Source of the DNA: Candidatus Aenigmatarchaeota archaeon
GTDB taxonomy: Archaea; Aenigmatarchaeota; Aenigmatarchaeia; QMZP01; QMZT01
Assembly (NCBI GenBank): GCA_963726265.1
Contig: CAVSBQ010000002.1
Coordinates: forward strand, 448,001-512,000
Direction of reading: 5' to 3'
Length of the DNA stretch: 64,000 bases
The translations under genes were made by a program, and so were the position numbers. Positions 10,983 through 20,916 of the stretch are shown one piece after another. How positions within the stretch are numbered: the first letter of the stretch is position 1; each line of letters starts with the position of its first letter. Below the pieces are notes generated by a model. It had not been told where the DNA came from. It did not search any database and saw only the letters and a list, made by a program, of their open reading frames with translations.

Positions 10983-11528
10983 ATGGGGTATGCAATCCTC
11001 ATATTTTCATTAGTAATATTAGTTGTCATTTTTAGTTCTGGATGTACAAGTCTGGATTCTTTCAGAAATAATTTAAATGAATCTGGCTTGCCAAATACCT
11101 GCGGAAACAGCGTCATAGACAACGGCGAACTTTGCGACAATCCTGATTTAAATGGAAGGAATTGCCAAAGTTTTGGCTTTTCTAATGGAACTCTTCTATG
11201 TACTAATTGTAATTTTGATACTAGCAAATGTTTCAATGATTTCTGCAATCACGATTTGTTTTGCGATATTAAAGAAGATTATCAGAATTGCCCATCAGAT
11301 TGTGAAGCACCTAACAATATTTCAAATGAGACAAATGGTTCGGTTATCGTAGGCGATGGAGGGATCAGCGGAAGCGGTTCGTCTAAGGATAAAGTTGAAG
11401 AACAAACTCAAACTAGCGTAACTATTTGTCAAAATGCGCAAAATGGTGGTTTATGCAATGGATTGGATTTGACTTACGGGGATGGCTACAAGAATTTGTG
11501 TTGTGGTGAGCATGGAATTTGTTGCTAA
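10983..11528 (+). CDS. secreted/lipoprotein-like Cys-rich protein
   Basis: hydrophobic N-terminus ending SGC, CGN..ID.GE.CD and CPSDC motifs; AT-rich DNA. Confidence 0.65.
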   Translation: MGYAILIFSLVILVVIFSSGCTSLDSFRNNLNESGLPNTCGNSVIDNGELCDNPDLNGRNCQSFGFSNGTLLCTNCNFDTSKCFNDFCNHDLFCDIKEDYQNCPSDCEAPNNISNETNGSVIVGDGGISGSGSSKDKVEEQTQTSVTICQNAQNGGLCNGLDLTYGDGYKNLCCGEHGICC

Positions 11529-13917
11529 AGTAATGTCATTAGGCATCTTTGCGCTTCTTTCAATAGTAATTACGGCTAGTGTGGTATCCGCAGTGGTTGA
11601 AGTATGTGATATTTCCGAGTTAAAACATGCATTGAAGAATGGACTTTTAGACTACTATCAAAATCCATATGGAAGCACACTAGACAATAAAGAGTTGAAG
11701 GATTTGCTCTATTTTTACCAGAACACATCTGAAAATGTGACTGCTTACTGCAACGGTGTGGGAGCATATTCCAATATGCCTTACAAAAACATTTTCGAGG
11801 AAGCAAAGGATATTGATGTAAATTTCCTTACATGTTCTGATGGAACTCCATTTGGTGAATGCTCTGCGCAAAAACCAAAATATTGCTTTATCGGAATATT
11901 GATAAACTTTTGCGGAAGATGCGGATGCCCAGAAGGGCAGGTCTGCGAAAGGGATAAAAATTGGTTCCCGAAGTTTAGCAGATGGCTTGGCGAATGCATT
12001 CCCACTGTAAATAACGTCACATGCAATGTTAATTCGGACTGCGGAGATAATGGGTTTATAGGAGACTTTTTCTGCAAAAACAACGATGTTTACAGAAATT
12101 ATATATATTATAACTGCACAAGTCCTGGGGCTTCTAATTCTTCTTGTATTAATCGTACTTCATCAGTCATTATCGATGATTGCGGAAATAATGAATACTG
12201 TTTGGAAGGAAATTTTACTTGTCAAATAAACAAAACAAACATGTGTTCAGATGGCACATTAAATAATGAGTGTTCCTTGGACAAGCCATTTTATTGCCTA
12301 AATAGCAATTTAACCAAAAGATGCGATATTTGCGGCTGCTTTGGAAATTTGATTTGCCAGTCCAACGGAAGCTGTGAATCTCCCAAGTGTTCTGATGGAA
12401 CTGAGTATGACCATTGTTCGATAAATAAGCCGAAATTTTGCGCGAATGGAAATCTGATTGATAACTGCACCATATGCGGATGCACTTCGGGTTACACCTG
12501 CAAGTTAAACAGAACATGCATGCAGACGTGCAATGATAGCACGCAATATGATACATGTTCCCAGACGAAACCACTATATTGCAGCAACGGCACGTTAATT
12601 AGCAAATGCGATGTTTGTGGGTGCAATTCATATGAAGAATGCAACAGCAATGGCACTTGTTCTGTATTAAGATGTTCGGACGGAACCCCATACAATCAAT
12701 GCTCTGCGACAAAGCCTCTCTACTGTAAAGCAAATGCTTATGCTAGCTATTTAAAAACCAATTGTTCATTTTGTGGTTGCGAGCCAAATACAGTATGCAA
12801 TCCTGAAGGTGGAAATTGTATAAGCAATTCCTTTGAAGTCAATCCTGGATGCGACTTTGATGTTATTACTAACGGTATAGATGCTATGACAGATTGCGGG
12901 TTGGATTGCTTTAGAATAACCAAAGGTACGAAACATTGGCTGAGATGGGGGAATAGTTGGGTATATTACGGAGAGGATACTGGCAGCGCCGAAGGTGATA
13001 GGGAAACCACTAAAAATGATGTTACTGCTTATTGGAGGAAGTATAACACTCCAGCGTGCAAGAATGATGGTTCTTTCGAGGTGAATCCTGGTTGTGATTC
13101 GGATGTTATAGCAAGTGGAATTGATGATATGAGCGATTGTGGTGTTGATTGTTTGAGAATAATAAAAGGTAATAAATATTGGTTGAGGTGGGGAGAAACA
13201 TGGTTGTATTATGGAGAAAATCCAACAAAAGGTGAAGGGGATAGGGAAACTTCAAAACAGGATATAACTGCTTATTGGAGGAAATACAACTCTCCAGCAT
13301 GTAAAAATGATGGTTCTTTCGAGGTGAATCCTGGTTGTGATTCGGATGTTATTGCGAATGGTGTTGATTCTATGACCGATTGTGGTATTGATTGCTTTGC
13401 AATTACAAAGGGTAAAAAACTATGGAGAAGATGGGGAGAGACCTGGATTTTTTACGGAGAAGATTTAGGTTATGCTGAAGGAGATAGGGAAACTACGAAG
13501 CAAGATATCACTGCATACTGGAGAAAATACAATACTCCGGCATGCAAGAATAATGGTTCATTTGAAGTAAACCCAGGATGCGATCCTGATGTCATGACAG
13601 AGGGAATTGACTCAATGACAGATTGCGGGTTGGATTGCTTTAGAATAACCAAAGGTACGAAACATTGGCTGAGATGGGGGAATAATTGGGTATATTACGG
13701 AGAGGATGCAGGCCAGGAAGATGATAGAGAAACCAGTAAAAATGATATCACTGCATACTGGAGAAAATACAATACTCCGGCATGCAGCAATGGCAATATT
13801 TCATTTGCTTCTATTGATGATGTGCAAAATATTTATGGTTCAAGAATATCATTTTCTGGTATGATAACCAATTCGATAAATTCGATTTTGAAATTTATTT
13901 ATTCGTTGATGACTTAA
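11482..13917 (+). CDS. large secreted Cys-rich protein with CSDGT repeats and four 81-aa Trp-rich repeats
   Basis: signal-like N-terminus (true start may be 11512 or 11533), about six C-S-D-G-T modules, four FEVNPGCD...AYWRKYNTPAC units. Confidence 0.8.
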   Translation: MATRICVVVSMEFVAKVMSLGIFALLSIVITASVVSAVVEVCDISELKHALKNGLLDYYQNPYGSTLDNKELKDLLYFYQNTSENVTAYCNGVGAYSNMPYKNIFEEAKDIDVNFLTCSDGTPFGECSAQKPKYCFIGILINFCGRCGCPEGQVCERDKNWFPKFSRWLGECIPTVNNVTCNVNSDCGDNGFIGDFFCKNNDVYRNYIYYNCTSPGASNSSCINRTSSVIIDDCGNNEYCLEGNFTCQINKTNMCSDGTLNNECSLDKPFYCLNSNLTKRCDICGCFGNLICQSNGSCESPKCSDGTEYDHCSINKPKFCANGNLIDNCTICGCTSGYTCKLNRTCMQTCNDSTQYDTCSQTKPLYCSNGTLISKCDVCGCNSYEECNSNGTCSVLRCSDGTPYNQCSATKPLYCKANAYASYLKTNCSFCGCEPNTVCNPEGGNCISNSFEVNPGCDFDVITNGIDAMTDCGLDCFRITKGTKHWLRWGNSWVYYGEDTGSAEGDRETTKNDVTAYWRKYNTPACKNDGSFEVNPGCDSDVIASGIDDMSDCGVDCLRIIKGNKYWLRWGETWLYYGENPTKGEGDRETSKQDITAYWRKYNSPACKNDGSFEVNPGCDSDVIANGVDSMTDCGIDCFAITKGKKLWRRWGETWIFYGEDLGYAEGDRETTKQDITAYWRKYNTPACKNNGSFEVNPGCDPDVMTEGIDSMTDCGLDCFRITKGTKHWLRWGNNWVYYGEDAGQEDDRETSKNDITAYWRKYNTPACSNGNISFASIDDVQNIYGSRISFSGMITNSINSILKFIYSLMT
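12832..13790 (+). repeat. four tandem 243-bp coding repeats
   Basis: units begin at 12832, 13075, 13318 and 13561 (spacing 243). Confidence 0.9.
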
Positions 13918-13920
13918 ATT

Positions 13921-14589
13921 TTATACAAATCCCAGACCTTCAGCTATCAGCCCCATCTCCGCCCCGCTCGTGTGGTCACCTGCAATGAAGCCATGCGAGT
14001 TCGCAATCAGGCCGGACTTGACCCACTGGTTGCCGAAATTTATGGAACCCGGAAGGACAGGGACGCCCAGTATCTTCTCGAGCAGCTTCTTCTCCTTCTC
14101 GCTCGCCTCCTTGTAAACCAGGCAGCCTTTAGAATTAGCGACGGCGAGAGAGCCGACGAGCTCCATGTCGCCGATGGTCCCGACGGCTGTTTCAACATCA
14201 AGGAAGTCACTTATGGCCTTCCTGTACTCTCCGATTTCTTTCGAGATGATGCAGCCCTTGTCGTTCGCCAAAATCAGATTGCCCATGGCAGTGTGCCTTG
14301 CTTCGAGCACGAGCACGTCGACCTGATGCCTTAGCTGGGCTATCTCATCGTCGTAAAGCTTGTCGGATACGATGATGCCGCGTGAGTTGCCTGCGCAGAA
14401 GATGCCGAGGAACCCGGTTTGCAGGACGCTCGCCTGGTGGACAGGAACCTTGAGCGTGTTTCCAAGGAGTTTCGCATCCCTGCCGCGCAGGAACCTGCTC
14501 ATGAGGCAGAACTTGTCAGTCGCGAAGGCGAAAAGTCCTATGTTCGGGTTGCTCTGGAAATTGAGCGTGGAGAATTTCATAACAATCAT
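13921..14589 (-). CDS. eif6: translation initiation factor 6 (aIF6)
   Basis: NPNIGLF, GNLILANDKG, GSINFG...SGLIANSHG...TSGAE. Confidence 0.92.
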   Translation of the reverse strand: MIVMKFSTLNFQSNPNIGLFAFATDKFCLMSRFLRGRDAKLLGNTLKVPVHQASVLQTGFLGIFCAGNSRGIIVSDKLYDDEIAQLRHQVDVLVLEARHTAMGNLILANDKGCIISKEIGEYRKAISDFLDVETAVGTIGDMELVGSLAVANSKGCLVYKEASEKEKKLLEKILGVPVLPGSINFGNQWVKSGLIANSHGFIAGDHTSGAEMGLIAEGLGFV

Positions 14590-14649
14590 TCCATAAGAAC
14601 CAATTGTTTTTGAATTGGATTAAGCGGCTTAAACGCACGGGCGCGAAGC

Positions 14650-15201
14650 TCATGCCTTCTGTTTTTCTTCCGAGGCTTCGACTTTTTCGAGCGCTTTTTC
14701 CACGGCGTCTTCCGCCTTCTTGGCTTTGGCCGGCATGGCTTTATCCTGCTTCGTTTCCTCTTCCTTTATAGCCTTCTCGACGATAGCATCGACCTTTTCC
14801 TTGGTGAGCTCCTTGTCGATGCGCTCTTTGAGGGCTTTCTTTGCGTCCTCTTTCTTCGAGCCTTTCCCGGTCAGCCTGTCCCTAAGGCCCTCTATGCCTC
14901 CTCCCTTCTTCGCCTTTTTCTCGGCTATCGCCTCGCCGGGAAGCTTGACGCTGACGCCTTCGATATCTCCGCTGACCTCGACTTTTATCCTGCCTGGCGG
15001 TTTCTGGAAACCGCGCGCAAATATGAGCTCGTTTATGCCTTTCGACAGCGTTATCTTGTCCACCTTCGTGTGGCGCCTCACAAAGTCTCTCACGTCCCTC
15101 ACGGCGCGGTTGCTTCTCTTCGTCCTCGGCTGGCTGACCCATCCGCTTCTGAGCGGGATCGTGTAAACCCTTTCTATCGTCTTTTCTGCCATAAGCATCA
15201 A
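14650..15201 (-). CDS. rpl31e: 50S ribosomal protein L31e with long Lys/Glu-rich C-terminal extension
   Basis: ERVYTIPLR...RSNRAVR...NELIFARGFQKPP. Confidence 0.92.
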   Translation of the reverse strand: MMLMAEKTIERVYTIPLRSGWVSQPRTKRSNRAVRDVRDFVRRHTKVDKITLSKGINELIFARGFQKPPGRIKVEVSGDIEGVSVKLPGEAIAEKKAKKGGGIEGLRDRLTGKGSKKEDAKKALKERIDKELTKEKVDAIVEKAIKEEETKQDKAMPAKAKKAEDAVEKALEKVEASEEKQKA

Positions 15202-15365
15202 ACCCTCAGCGGGCCGCTCCTCCTGCTCCTCGTGTGGACGCGTATCCTTCTGGTCCTCGCCCTCTTGAGCCCGTATTTCTTTATGTCAGCCCATCTGGGA
15301 GCGGACCTTATCTTGCCCTTCGCAGCCAGGCGAAGCTTCTTTCCGGCCGGTTTGTTCCTGCTCAT
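15198..15365 (-). CDS. rpl39e: 50S ribosomal protein L39e (55 aa, absent from ORF track)
   Basis: manual translation MSRNKPAGKKLRLAAKGKIRSAPRWADIKKYGLKRARTRRIRVHTRSRRSGPLRV; conserved position upstream of L31e. Confidence 0.85.
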   Translation of the reverse strand: MSRNKPAGKKLRLAAKGKIRSAPRWADIKKYGLKRARTRRIRVHTRSRRSGPLRV

Positions 15366-15396
15366 AATATCATCCAAGTTAATACTCTTTAATCTC

Positions 15397-15666
15397 TCAT
15401 GCCTTTTTTATCCTGAAATCCTTACTGCCCGAAATCTGCCTCAGGATTTCCGTCATCTGCTCGTCCGTCACGCTGCTTTTCAGCCTTCCCGCCTGGTAAA
15501 CCTGTAGCAGGTAAATTTCTGCCTGCGCGGCGAGTTCGGGGTTTGCGAAGCGCACGCGGCCGAGCCTTTCAAACGCGTCCTTCGTCAGGATGCTGCCCAT
15601 TATTTTTTTCTTCATCATCTCAAGCTGTTCCATCTGCCTGAGCTGATTGTAGTCAACATAATCCAT
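15397..15666 (-). CDS. PDCD5-like DNA-binding protein
   Basis: ILTKDAFERLGRVR..NPELA.Q.E; conserved S19e-PDCD5-L39e-L31e-aIF6 order. Confidence 0.9.
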   Translation of the reverse strand: MDYVDYNQLRQMEQLEMMKKKIMGSILTKDAFERLGRVRFANPELAAQAEIYLLQVYQAGRLKSSVTDEQMTEILRQISGSKDFRIKKA

Positions 15667-15680
15667 AGTGAACCCGCTGC

Positions 15681-16100
15681 CTATTTGCCCGGGCTTTTAG
15701 AGCCTTTGGCGGCTTCCTTAAGCAACGCTTTTCCCTTCTCGGTAAGCGTCCGCCCTTTGCGCTTCTCCGTCTTTACGAAGCCCGCCTTCTCAAGCTGCTG
15801 CAATATCTCGCGTATCACGGAACCGGAAGCGGGATACCTGTGCTCGGGCTTGTGCCCCCTTCTTTTGCGATGGCCGTAAACCCTTCTGAGCCTCGCCACG
15901 CCAGTGGGGCTTTCGAGATAAAGCTTCCTGAGTATGGAGGCCGACCTGACATACCACCAGTTCTTCTGGGTCGGCGGCCGCTCCATGCATACGCCCGTCT
16001 TCACGAATCTCGCCCACTCCGGCGGCTTCATCTCTTCAAGCTTCTCGAGCTCATGCGAAAGTTTCTCGATAAGCTCGCCTGCTTCCATTTCCTTTATCAT
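15681..16100 (-). CDS. rps19e: 30S ribosomal protein S19e
   Basis: PPEWARFVKTG..ERPP...WWYVRSASILRKLY. Confidence 0.96.
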   Translation of the reverse strand: MIKEMEAGELIEKLSHELEKLEEMKPPEWARFVKTGVCMERPPTQKNWWYVRSASILRKLYLESPTGVARLRRVYGHRKRRGHKPEHRYPASGSVIREILQQLEKAGFVKTEKRKGRTLTEKGKALLKEAAKGSKSPGK

Positions 16101-16180
16101 AATGACACCTGTGGTATAATTCTAATGGGTGTATTTATATTGATTTGCCTTTTTTAAGCTTTTAGAGACAAAACAGAAAT

Positions 16181-17104
16181 ATGGAAAGGGGATGGGAAAG
16201 GGACAAAAACGTCCTCGCCGAGAGGTTCGGGAAGGACGAAATCCCCGGTTTTCTTAAGAAGGAATTCGTGGCGAAGGGCAACGAATTCGTCGTTCTCGAG
16301 AAGGACGGCGAGATATACATTGAGAGGGGAGCGGGAAAGCTGATCATAAGCAGCTTCGGCGAGGCTTTCACGGACATCATTCTTGTAGACAAGGCGGAGA
16401 AGACCATCGAAACGTGCATAAAAAACTTCTGCCTTGCCGACGGCAGGGGCGTGGGCATAAAAATCACGCTGAAATTCAGGATATTAAACTCCGACCACAT
16501 GTCGAAAAACCTCATGGGAGAAAGGGGGAAGCTGTTCGCCGAGGACGTGGGCGACCAGCTCATGTCAGACGTCCTGTGCAGGGATGTCCTGCCGAAGCTG
16601 CAGAAAAAGCGGGCCAACGATTTCCTAAAGGAGGACCACAGGGAGAAAACAAAAAGCGATATAGAGGCCGCTGTGAAAAGGAAGTTCAGGGAATGGGGCC
16701 TAATCCTGACATCCGCATCGGTTGACTTCGTCATGCAGACCCTTTCCAGCGAAGCAAGCGAATGCAGCGAAACGCAGAAGACGGGAGAAGAGCTGTCCGG
16801 CCTCGAAAAGGAAAGGCTTGAGAAGGAAGTGAGGATGACGCTCGATAAGAAGCAGATGCAGAGGGACATGGAAGACGCGCTTGAGGCTATCAGACTGAAG
16901 GGCGTGAAGAAAAATGAAAGGAATCTGGACGAAGCCGAAAGTGAGAAGAAGCTGAACGAGGAGCTTGAAACGCTGAAAAAGGCGAAGGAAATAACGGAAA
17001 GGAAGTTCTACAAGAAAGAGCTCTCGGAGGAATCGTTCCAGCGCATGATGGAAGATTTCGAAAAAAGGATGATAGAAATAGAGACCAGGCTGAAACGGAA
17101 ATGA
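16181..17104 (+). CDS. hypothetical protein, SPFH/band-7-like N-terminus with coiled-coil C-terminus
   Basis: EWGLIL-type SPFH signature, charged helical tail. Confidence 0.5.
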   Translation: MERGWERDKNVLAERFGKDEIPGFLKKEFVAKGNEFVVLEKDGEIYIERGAGKLIISSFGEAFTDIILVDKAEKTIETCIKNFCLADGRGVGIKITLKFRILNSDHMSKNLMGERGKLFAEDVGDQLMSDVLCRDVLPKLQKKRANDFLKEDHREKTKSDIEAAVKRKFREWGLILTSASVDFVMQTLSSEASECSETQKTGEELSGLEKERLEKEVRMTLDKKQMQRDMEDALEAIRLKGVKKNERNLDEAESEKKLNEELETLKKAKEITERKFYKKELSEESFQRMMEDFEKRMIEIETRLKRK

Positions 17105-17150
17105 AACAAAGCTGAAAAAATGGATAAAACTTTTTCTGAACTCTGACGTT

Positions 17151-18179
17151 TTAATCCATTGTTTCTATCATCAGGGCCATGAAGGCGAGGACGAAGCCGA
17201 CGGCTATCGAAAGCATGAAGCTGAACGATGACATTTCAGGCGCGAGTATGAGATCCGACGCATTGTAGATGACGAGCGTCGCCGAAAGCCCGAAGAGCGG
17301 GACCGAAACTATCCTGGATGTCTTCTTGTCCTTCAGGCGCAGGCTCTTGCCCAGCCACGCTATCGTGCCAGCTATCCAGAAGAAGTAAATGGACGCTACG
17401 AAGAATGCGGCCGCCGCCTCGAAGATGCCGAGGCTCATGAAGTCCATCACGGAATTGTAGCCCCTGTAAACCGCTAGGCAGGCGACAGCGATGGAAACTA
17501 TGTACATGAAAAAGGCGAACCTGCGACGGGCGAGCGATTCCTTCATCTCGCCGATGGCGCTGAAGAGATAGTCCTCCAGCTTGAAGCCCTTCGCGAAGAG
17601 ATACGCTCCCACGACGATGACTATGACCCTCCAGCCGGTTTCGCCCAGCGCGGCGTAAAGCAGCAGCGCTATCGCTGGCAGGCCGAAGAAAAGCCTCGCG
17701 AACTTCGGGTTGTCCAGCGTCTCCTTCAGAAAGTCCTTTATCGCGTAATAGTTCGACTCGAGCTGCTCCGCCTGGCGCACGACAATCCTCTTGACAGAAA
17801 GTATGGGTATGCGCGACTGGATGATGGGAATGACGTACTCGTCATCCATGCCATCCGTGACTAGAATGACGAAATCGCTGGGCCTCTTGTCCATGACGTG
17901 TTCCAGCTGTTTCGCTATCTCGCGGTCCGCATCGATGCCCCTGTTCTTGTGGCCGGTTAGCACTACGACTTCAGGATCGTATTTCTCGCCCAGCTCCTCC
18001 ATGAGCTTGACCGCGCCGAATATGGCATTACTGTCGCTGTCTTCCGGGTCTTTCAGGCTGAGCTTAGTCGCCGCTTCGAGGACCTTTTCCCTGCCGATTA
18101 CAGGTCCTTCTATGCCTGTTTTTTGCCCTATGTCGTTGTCCCTGTCAACGCTCATCACCAGAATTTTTTCCTTCGTCAT
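17151..18179 (-). CDS. DUF373 family archaeal membrane protein
   Basis: VDRDNDIG.K, DPEDSDSNA, DG.DDE, VVRQAEQLES.YY. Confidence 0.88.
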   Translation of the reverse strand: MTKEKILVMSVDRDNDIGQKTGIEGPVIGREKVLEAATKLSLKDPEDSDSNAIFGAVKLMEELGEKYDPEVVVLTGHKNRGIDADREIAKQLEHVMDKRPSDFVILVTDGMDDEYVIPIIQSRIPILSVKRIVVRQAEQLESNYYAIKDFLKETLDNPKFARLFFGLPAIALLLYAALGETGWRVIVIVVGAYLFAKGFKLEDYLFSAIGEMKESLARRRFAFFMYIVSIAVACLAVYRGYNSVMDFMSLGIFEAAAAFFVASIYFFWIAGTIAWLGKSLRLKDKKTSRIVSVPLFGLSATLVIYNASDLILAPEMSSFSFMLSIAVGFVLAFMALMIETMD

Positions 18180-18332
18180 GGCACATCACTTTAGCAAGTT
18201 ACTTAATTAATTAATGATTTTGTTTTTAAAGCATTTGCCGCTTTTACGCGTTTCGACGAACTTTCCGCGAAGGAATCGGGGAGTTCAGATAAAACAGGTG
18301 AAATATTTAAGTAAAAAAATCAATTTGGTATT

Positions 18333-19130
18333 ATGCCATTAAGCATTGCGGACATCGGGATAATAGGCGGGACTGGCATTTATTCCGAGGACATGCTCAA
18401 ATTTGTAAAAAAGCTGGACGTTTCAACGCCGTACGGAAAACCATCGAGCAGGATAACGGTCGGCTCATACAACGGGGTGAAAGTCGCCTTCCTTTTCAGG
18501 CATGGCGAAACGCATGCGCTTCCGCCGCACAAGGTCAATTACCGCGCGAACATCGCGGCGCTCGAAAAGCTCGGGGTGAAAAGGATTATAGGCATTGCTG
18601 CGGTCGGCTCGCTGAGGAAAGACATGAAGCCCGGCGACATTGTCATACCCGACCAGTTCATAGACATGACGAAGCTACGCAACGCGACTTTCTACGACGG
18701 CCCGAAAACCGTCCACGTCTCGCTGGCCGACCCGTTCTGCGAGGATATGAGGACAGCCGCCTCGAAAACCATCGAAAACCTTTTCCGCATACGCTTCCAC
18801 GAAAGGGGGACGTATGTCTGCGTCGAAGGCCCGCGCTTCTCGACCAGGGCGGAATCGCACCTCTGGAGGCGCATGAAAGCCGACGTAGTCGGCATGACCC
18901 TCGTGCCGGAGGTTACGCTTGCGAGGGAGAAGGAGATGTGTTATCTCACGCTCGCGACGGTCACGGACTACGACTGCTGGAAGGCAGGAGCGGTCTCGGC
19001 CGAGGAAGTGATAAAGACGATGAAAAGGAGCACGGAGAACGTCAAGAAAATCCTGGAAAAGCTTGTCATGAAATTGCCCAGGGAAAGAAGATGCGCCTGC
19101 AGCACCGCCCTGCGCGGCGCCGAAATCTGA
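18333..19130 (+). CDS. mtnP: S-methyl-5'-thioadenosine phosphorylase
   Basis: GIIGGTG, TPYG.PS, RHG, EGPRFSTRAES, VGMT, TDYD. Confidence 0.93.
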   Translation: MPLSIADIGIIGGTGIYSEDMLKFVKKLDVSTPYGKPSSRITVGSYNGVKVAFLFRHGETHALPPHKVNYRANIAALEKLGVKRIIGIAAVGSLRKDMKPGDIVIPDQFIDMTKLRNATFYDGPKTVHVSLADPFCEDMRTAASKTIENLFRIRFHERGTYVCVEGPRFSTRAESHLWRRMKADVVGMTLVPEVTLAREKEMCYLTLATVTDYDCWKAGAVSAEEVIKTMKRSTENVKKILEKLVMKLPRERRCACSTALRGAEI

Positions 19131-19136
19131 GCGGTG

Positions 19137-19562
19137 CTAGCATTTCAACTTCTCGTTTATTATCGCAGGGCAGATTTTCGTTACGCCGTCTGTTTTCTCC
19201 AGTGCTTTCACGAATTTTGCAAGCGCGCCGGAATTCTCGAACCAGCACTCTACCATGAGCATGTGGTCGCCGGACGACGAACACAATCTCATCACTTCAT
19301 TCATGCCCTTCAGCCTCTCTAGAACCTGGATGTATTTCTCCGGACGCGTGTCCACGCCGATGAGCGCGTCGACTTCGAAGCCTATCTTTTTCGGGTCGAC
19401 GTCAACGGTGTATTTCCTTATCACGCCTTTCGCTTCAAGGCTTTTCATGCGCTTGCGCACGGCGGTCTCGCTGACGCCGAAATGCTTCGCCAGGTCGACA
19501 TAGGAAACCCTCGCATTCTCCTTCAGTTTCTTTACCAGCTCTAAGTTTGAAATCCGAACCAT
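19137..19562 (-). CDS. Lrp/AsnC family transcriptional regulator
   Basis: HTH (LAKHFGVSETAVRKRMKSLE..GVI) plus RAM domain (SSGDHMLM); start set at ATG 19562. Confidence 0.92.
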   Translation of the reverse strand: MVRISNLELVKKLKENARVSYVDLAKHFGVSETAVRKRMKSLEAKGVIRKYTVDVDPKKIGFEVDALIGVDTRPEKYIQVLERLKGMNEVMRLCSSSGDHMLMVECWFENSGALAKFVKALEKTDGVTKICPAIINEKLKC

Positions 19563-19628
19563 AATGTTTATATATTCGAACGTGTTTATATACTTATCTG
19601 AACTTATCACATTTGCGAGAGTGATTTT
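19563..19628. promoter_or_regulatory. compact divergent promoter between Lrp and redox operon
   Basis: TGTTTATATA occurs twice (19565, 19583) around TTCGAA; ACTTATC occurs twice. Confidence 0.55.
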
Positions 19629-19877
19629 ATGAAAGCAGAAAAAGGGAAAGTCAAGGTCTATTCAACCCCCACATGTCCGTATTGCCACATGCTGAAGGAT
19701 TACCTGAGAGCGAAAGGCGTGAAATTCCAGGACATAGACGTCTCCTCTGATCATGATGCAGCGCAGGAAATGATAAGCAAGTCCGGTTTCACTGGCGTGC
19801 CGCAGACGGAAATCAACGGCAAAATGATAATCGGCTTTGACAGGGCGGCGCTGGAGAAGGAGTTAAAAAATTTATAA
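19629..19877 (+). CDS. glutaredoxin (NrdH/YruB-like)
   Basis: CPYC, GVP, IIGFD. Confidence 0.92.
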   Translation: MKAEKGKVKVYSTPTCPYCHMLKDYLRAKGVKFQDIDVSSDHDAAQEMISKSGFTGVPQTEINGKMIIGFDRAALEKELKNL

Positions 19878-19911
19878 AGCGATTTGGCTTTGAATAATAA
19901 GGGGTGGGAGT

Positions 19912-20589
19912 ATGGAAAACGCTATTCCGTTGCTGGGAGAAAGCGTGCCGAGTTTCGAGGCGCAGACGACGCAGGGTATGATAAATTTCCCTTCGGATTA
20001 CAAGGGCAGGTGGATTGTGCTTTTTTCGCATCCTGCGGATTTCACGCCGGTATGCACGACCGAATTCTATGCGTTCCAGAAAAGATACGACGAGTTCAAG
20101 CAGTTCAACACCGAACTCGTCGGCCTGAGCATAGACCAGGTCTTCAGCCACATCAAGTGGATCGAGTGGATAAAGGAAAAGCTGGGGACTGAAATAAAGT
20201 TTCCCGTCATAGCGGACGACCAGGGAAAAATAGCGAAGATGATGGGCATGATACACCCGGGCAAGGGCACGAACACGGTGCGCGCTGTTTTCATAGTAGA
20301 CCCGAAAGGGGTGCTGCGCGCCATGATATACTACCCGCAGGAGCTTGGAAGGAACATGGACGAGATACTGCGCGCCGTTAAGGGCCTGCAGACAGTCGAC
20401 GAGCACAAGGTCGCCGTGCCAGCTAACTGGCCCAACAACGAGCTGATTGGTGACCACGTGATAGTCCCTCCGGCGAAGGACGAGAAGACAGCGAAAGAGC
20501 GCTTTGAGAGCGCGGCCAGGAAGGAAATCGAATGCTACGACTGGTGGCTCTGCCACAAGAAGCTCGAGCCGGCGCACCACAAGAAATGA
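19912..20589 (+). CDS. peroxiredoxin (archaeal Prx6 type)
   Basis: [29 protein letters not shown]. Confidence 0.95.
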   Translation: MENAIPLLGESVPSFEAQTTQGMINFPSDYKGRWIVLFSHPADFTPVCTTEFYAFQKRYDEFKQFNTELVGLSIDQVFSHIKWIEWIKEKLGTEIKFPVIADDQGKIAKMMGMIHPGKGTNTVRAVFIVDPKGVLRAMIYYPQELGRNMDEILRAVKGLQTVDEHKVAVPANWPNNELIGDHVIVPPAKDEKTAKERFESAARKEIECYDWWLCHKKLEPAHHKK

Positions 20590-20630
20590 TAAATTATAAA
20601 TGATATTGCAGTTTCGAGGAGGTAGAAAAT

Positions 20631-20894
20631 ATGATGTCGGACATACCGAAAAGGATAGGCAAGGAAAATATAGACGAGCAGATAACACGCGTGGGCATGA
20701 TAGCCGAGCTCGACGCAGTAAACCTTTACGAGCAGATGGCGGCCATGGCGACTGACAACAAGCTCAAGGAAGTGCTTCTGGACATAGCGAAGGAAGAGAA
20801 GACCCACATGGGCGAGTTCCAGGCGATGCTTCTGAAATTCGACAAACAACTGTCAAAAGAGCTGGAAAACGGCAGGAAAGAAGTTGATAGTTGA
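20631..20894 (+). CDS. small ferritin-like protein (encapsulated-ferritin-like)
   Basis: ELDAVNLYEQ...DIAKEEKTHMGE. Confidence 0.85.
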   Translation: MMSDIPKRIGKENIDEQITRVGMIAELDAVNLYEQMAAMATDNKLKEVLLDIAKEEKTHMGEFQAMLLKFDKQLSKELENGRKEVDS

Positions 20895-20916
20895 AATTGT
20901 CTGAGATGGTGATAAT

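Noticed and set aside
12832..13790. CRISPR array or diversity-generating retroelement
   Set aside because: Repeats are 243-bp in-frame coding units without spacers; no cas or reverse transcriptase gene and no obvious adenine-specific variation
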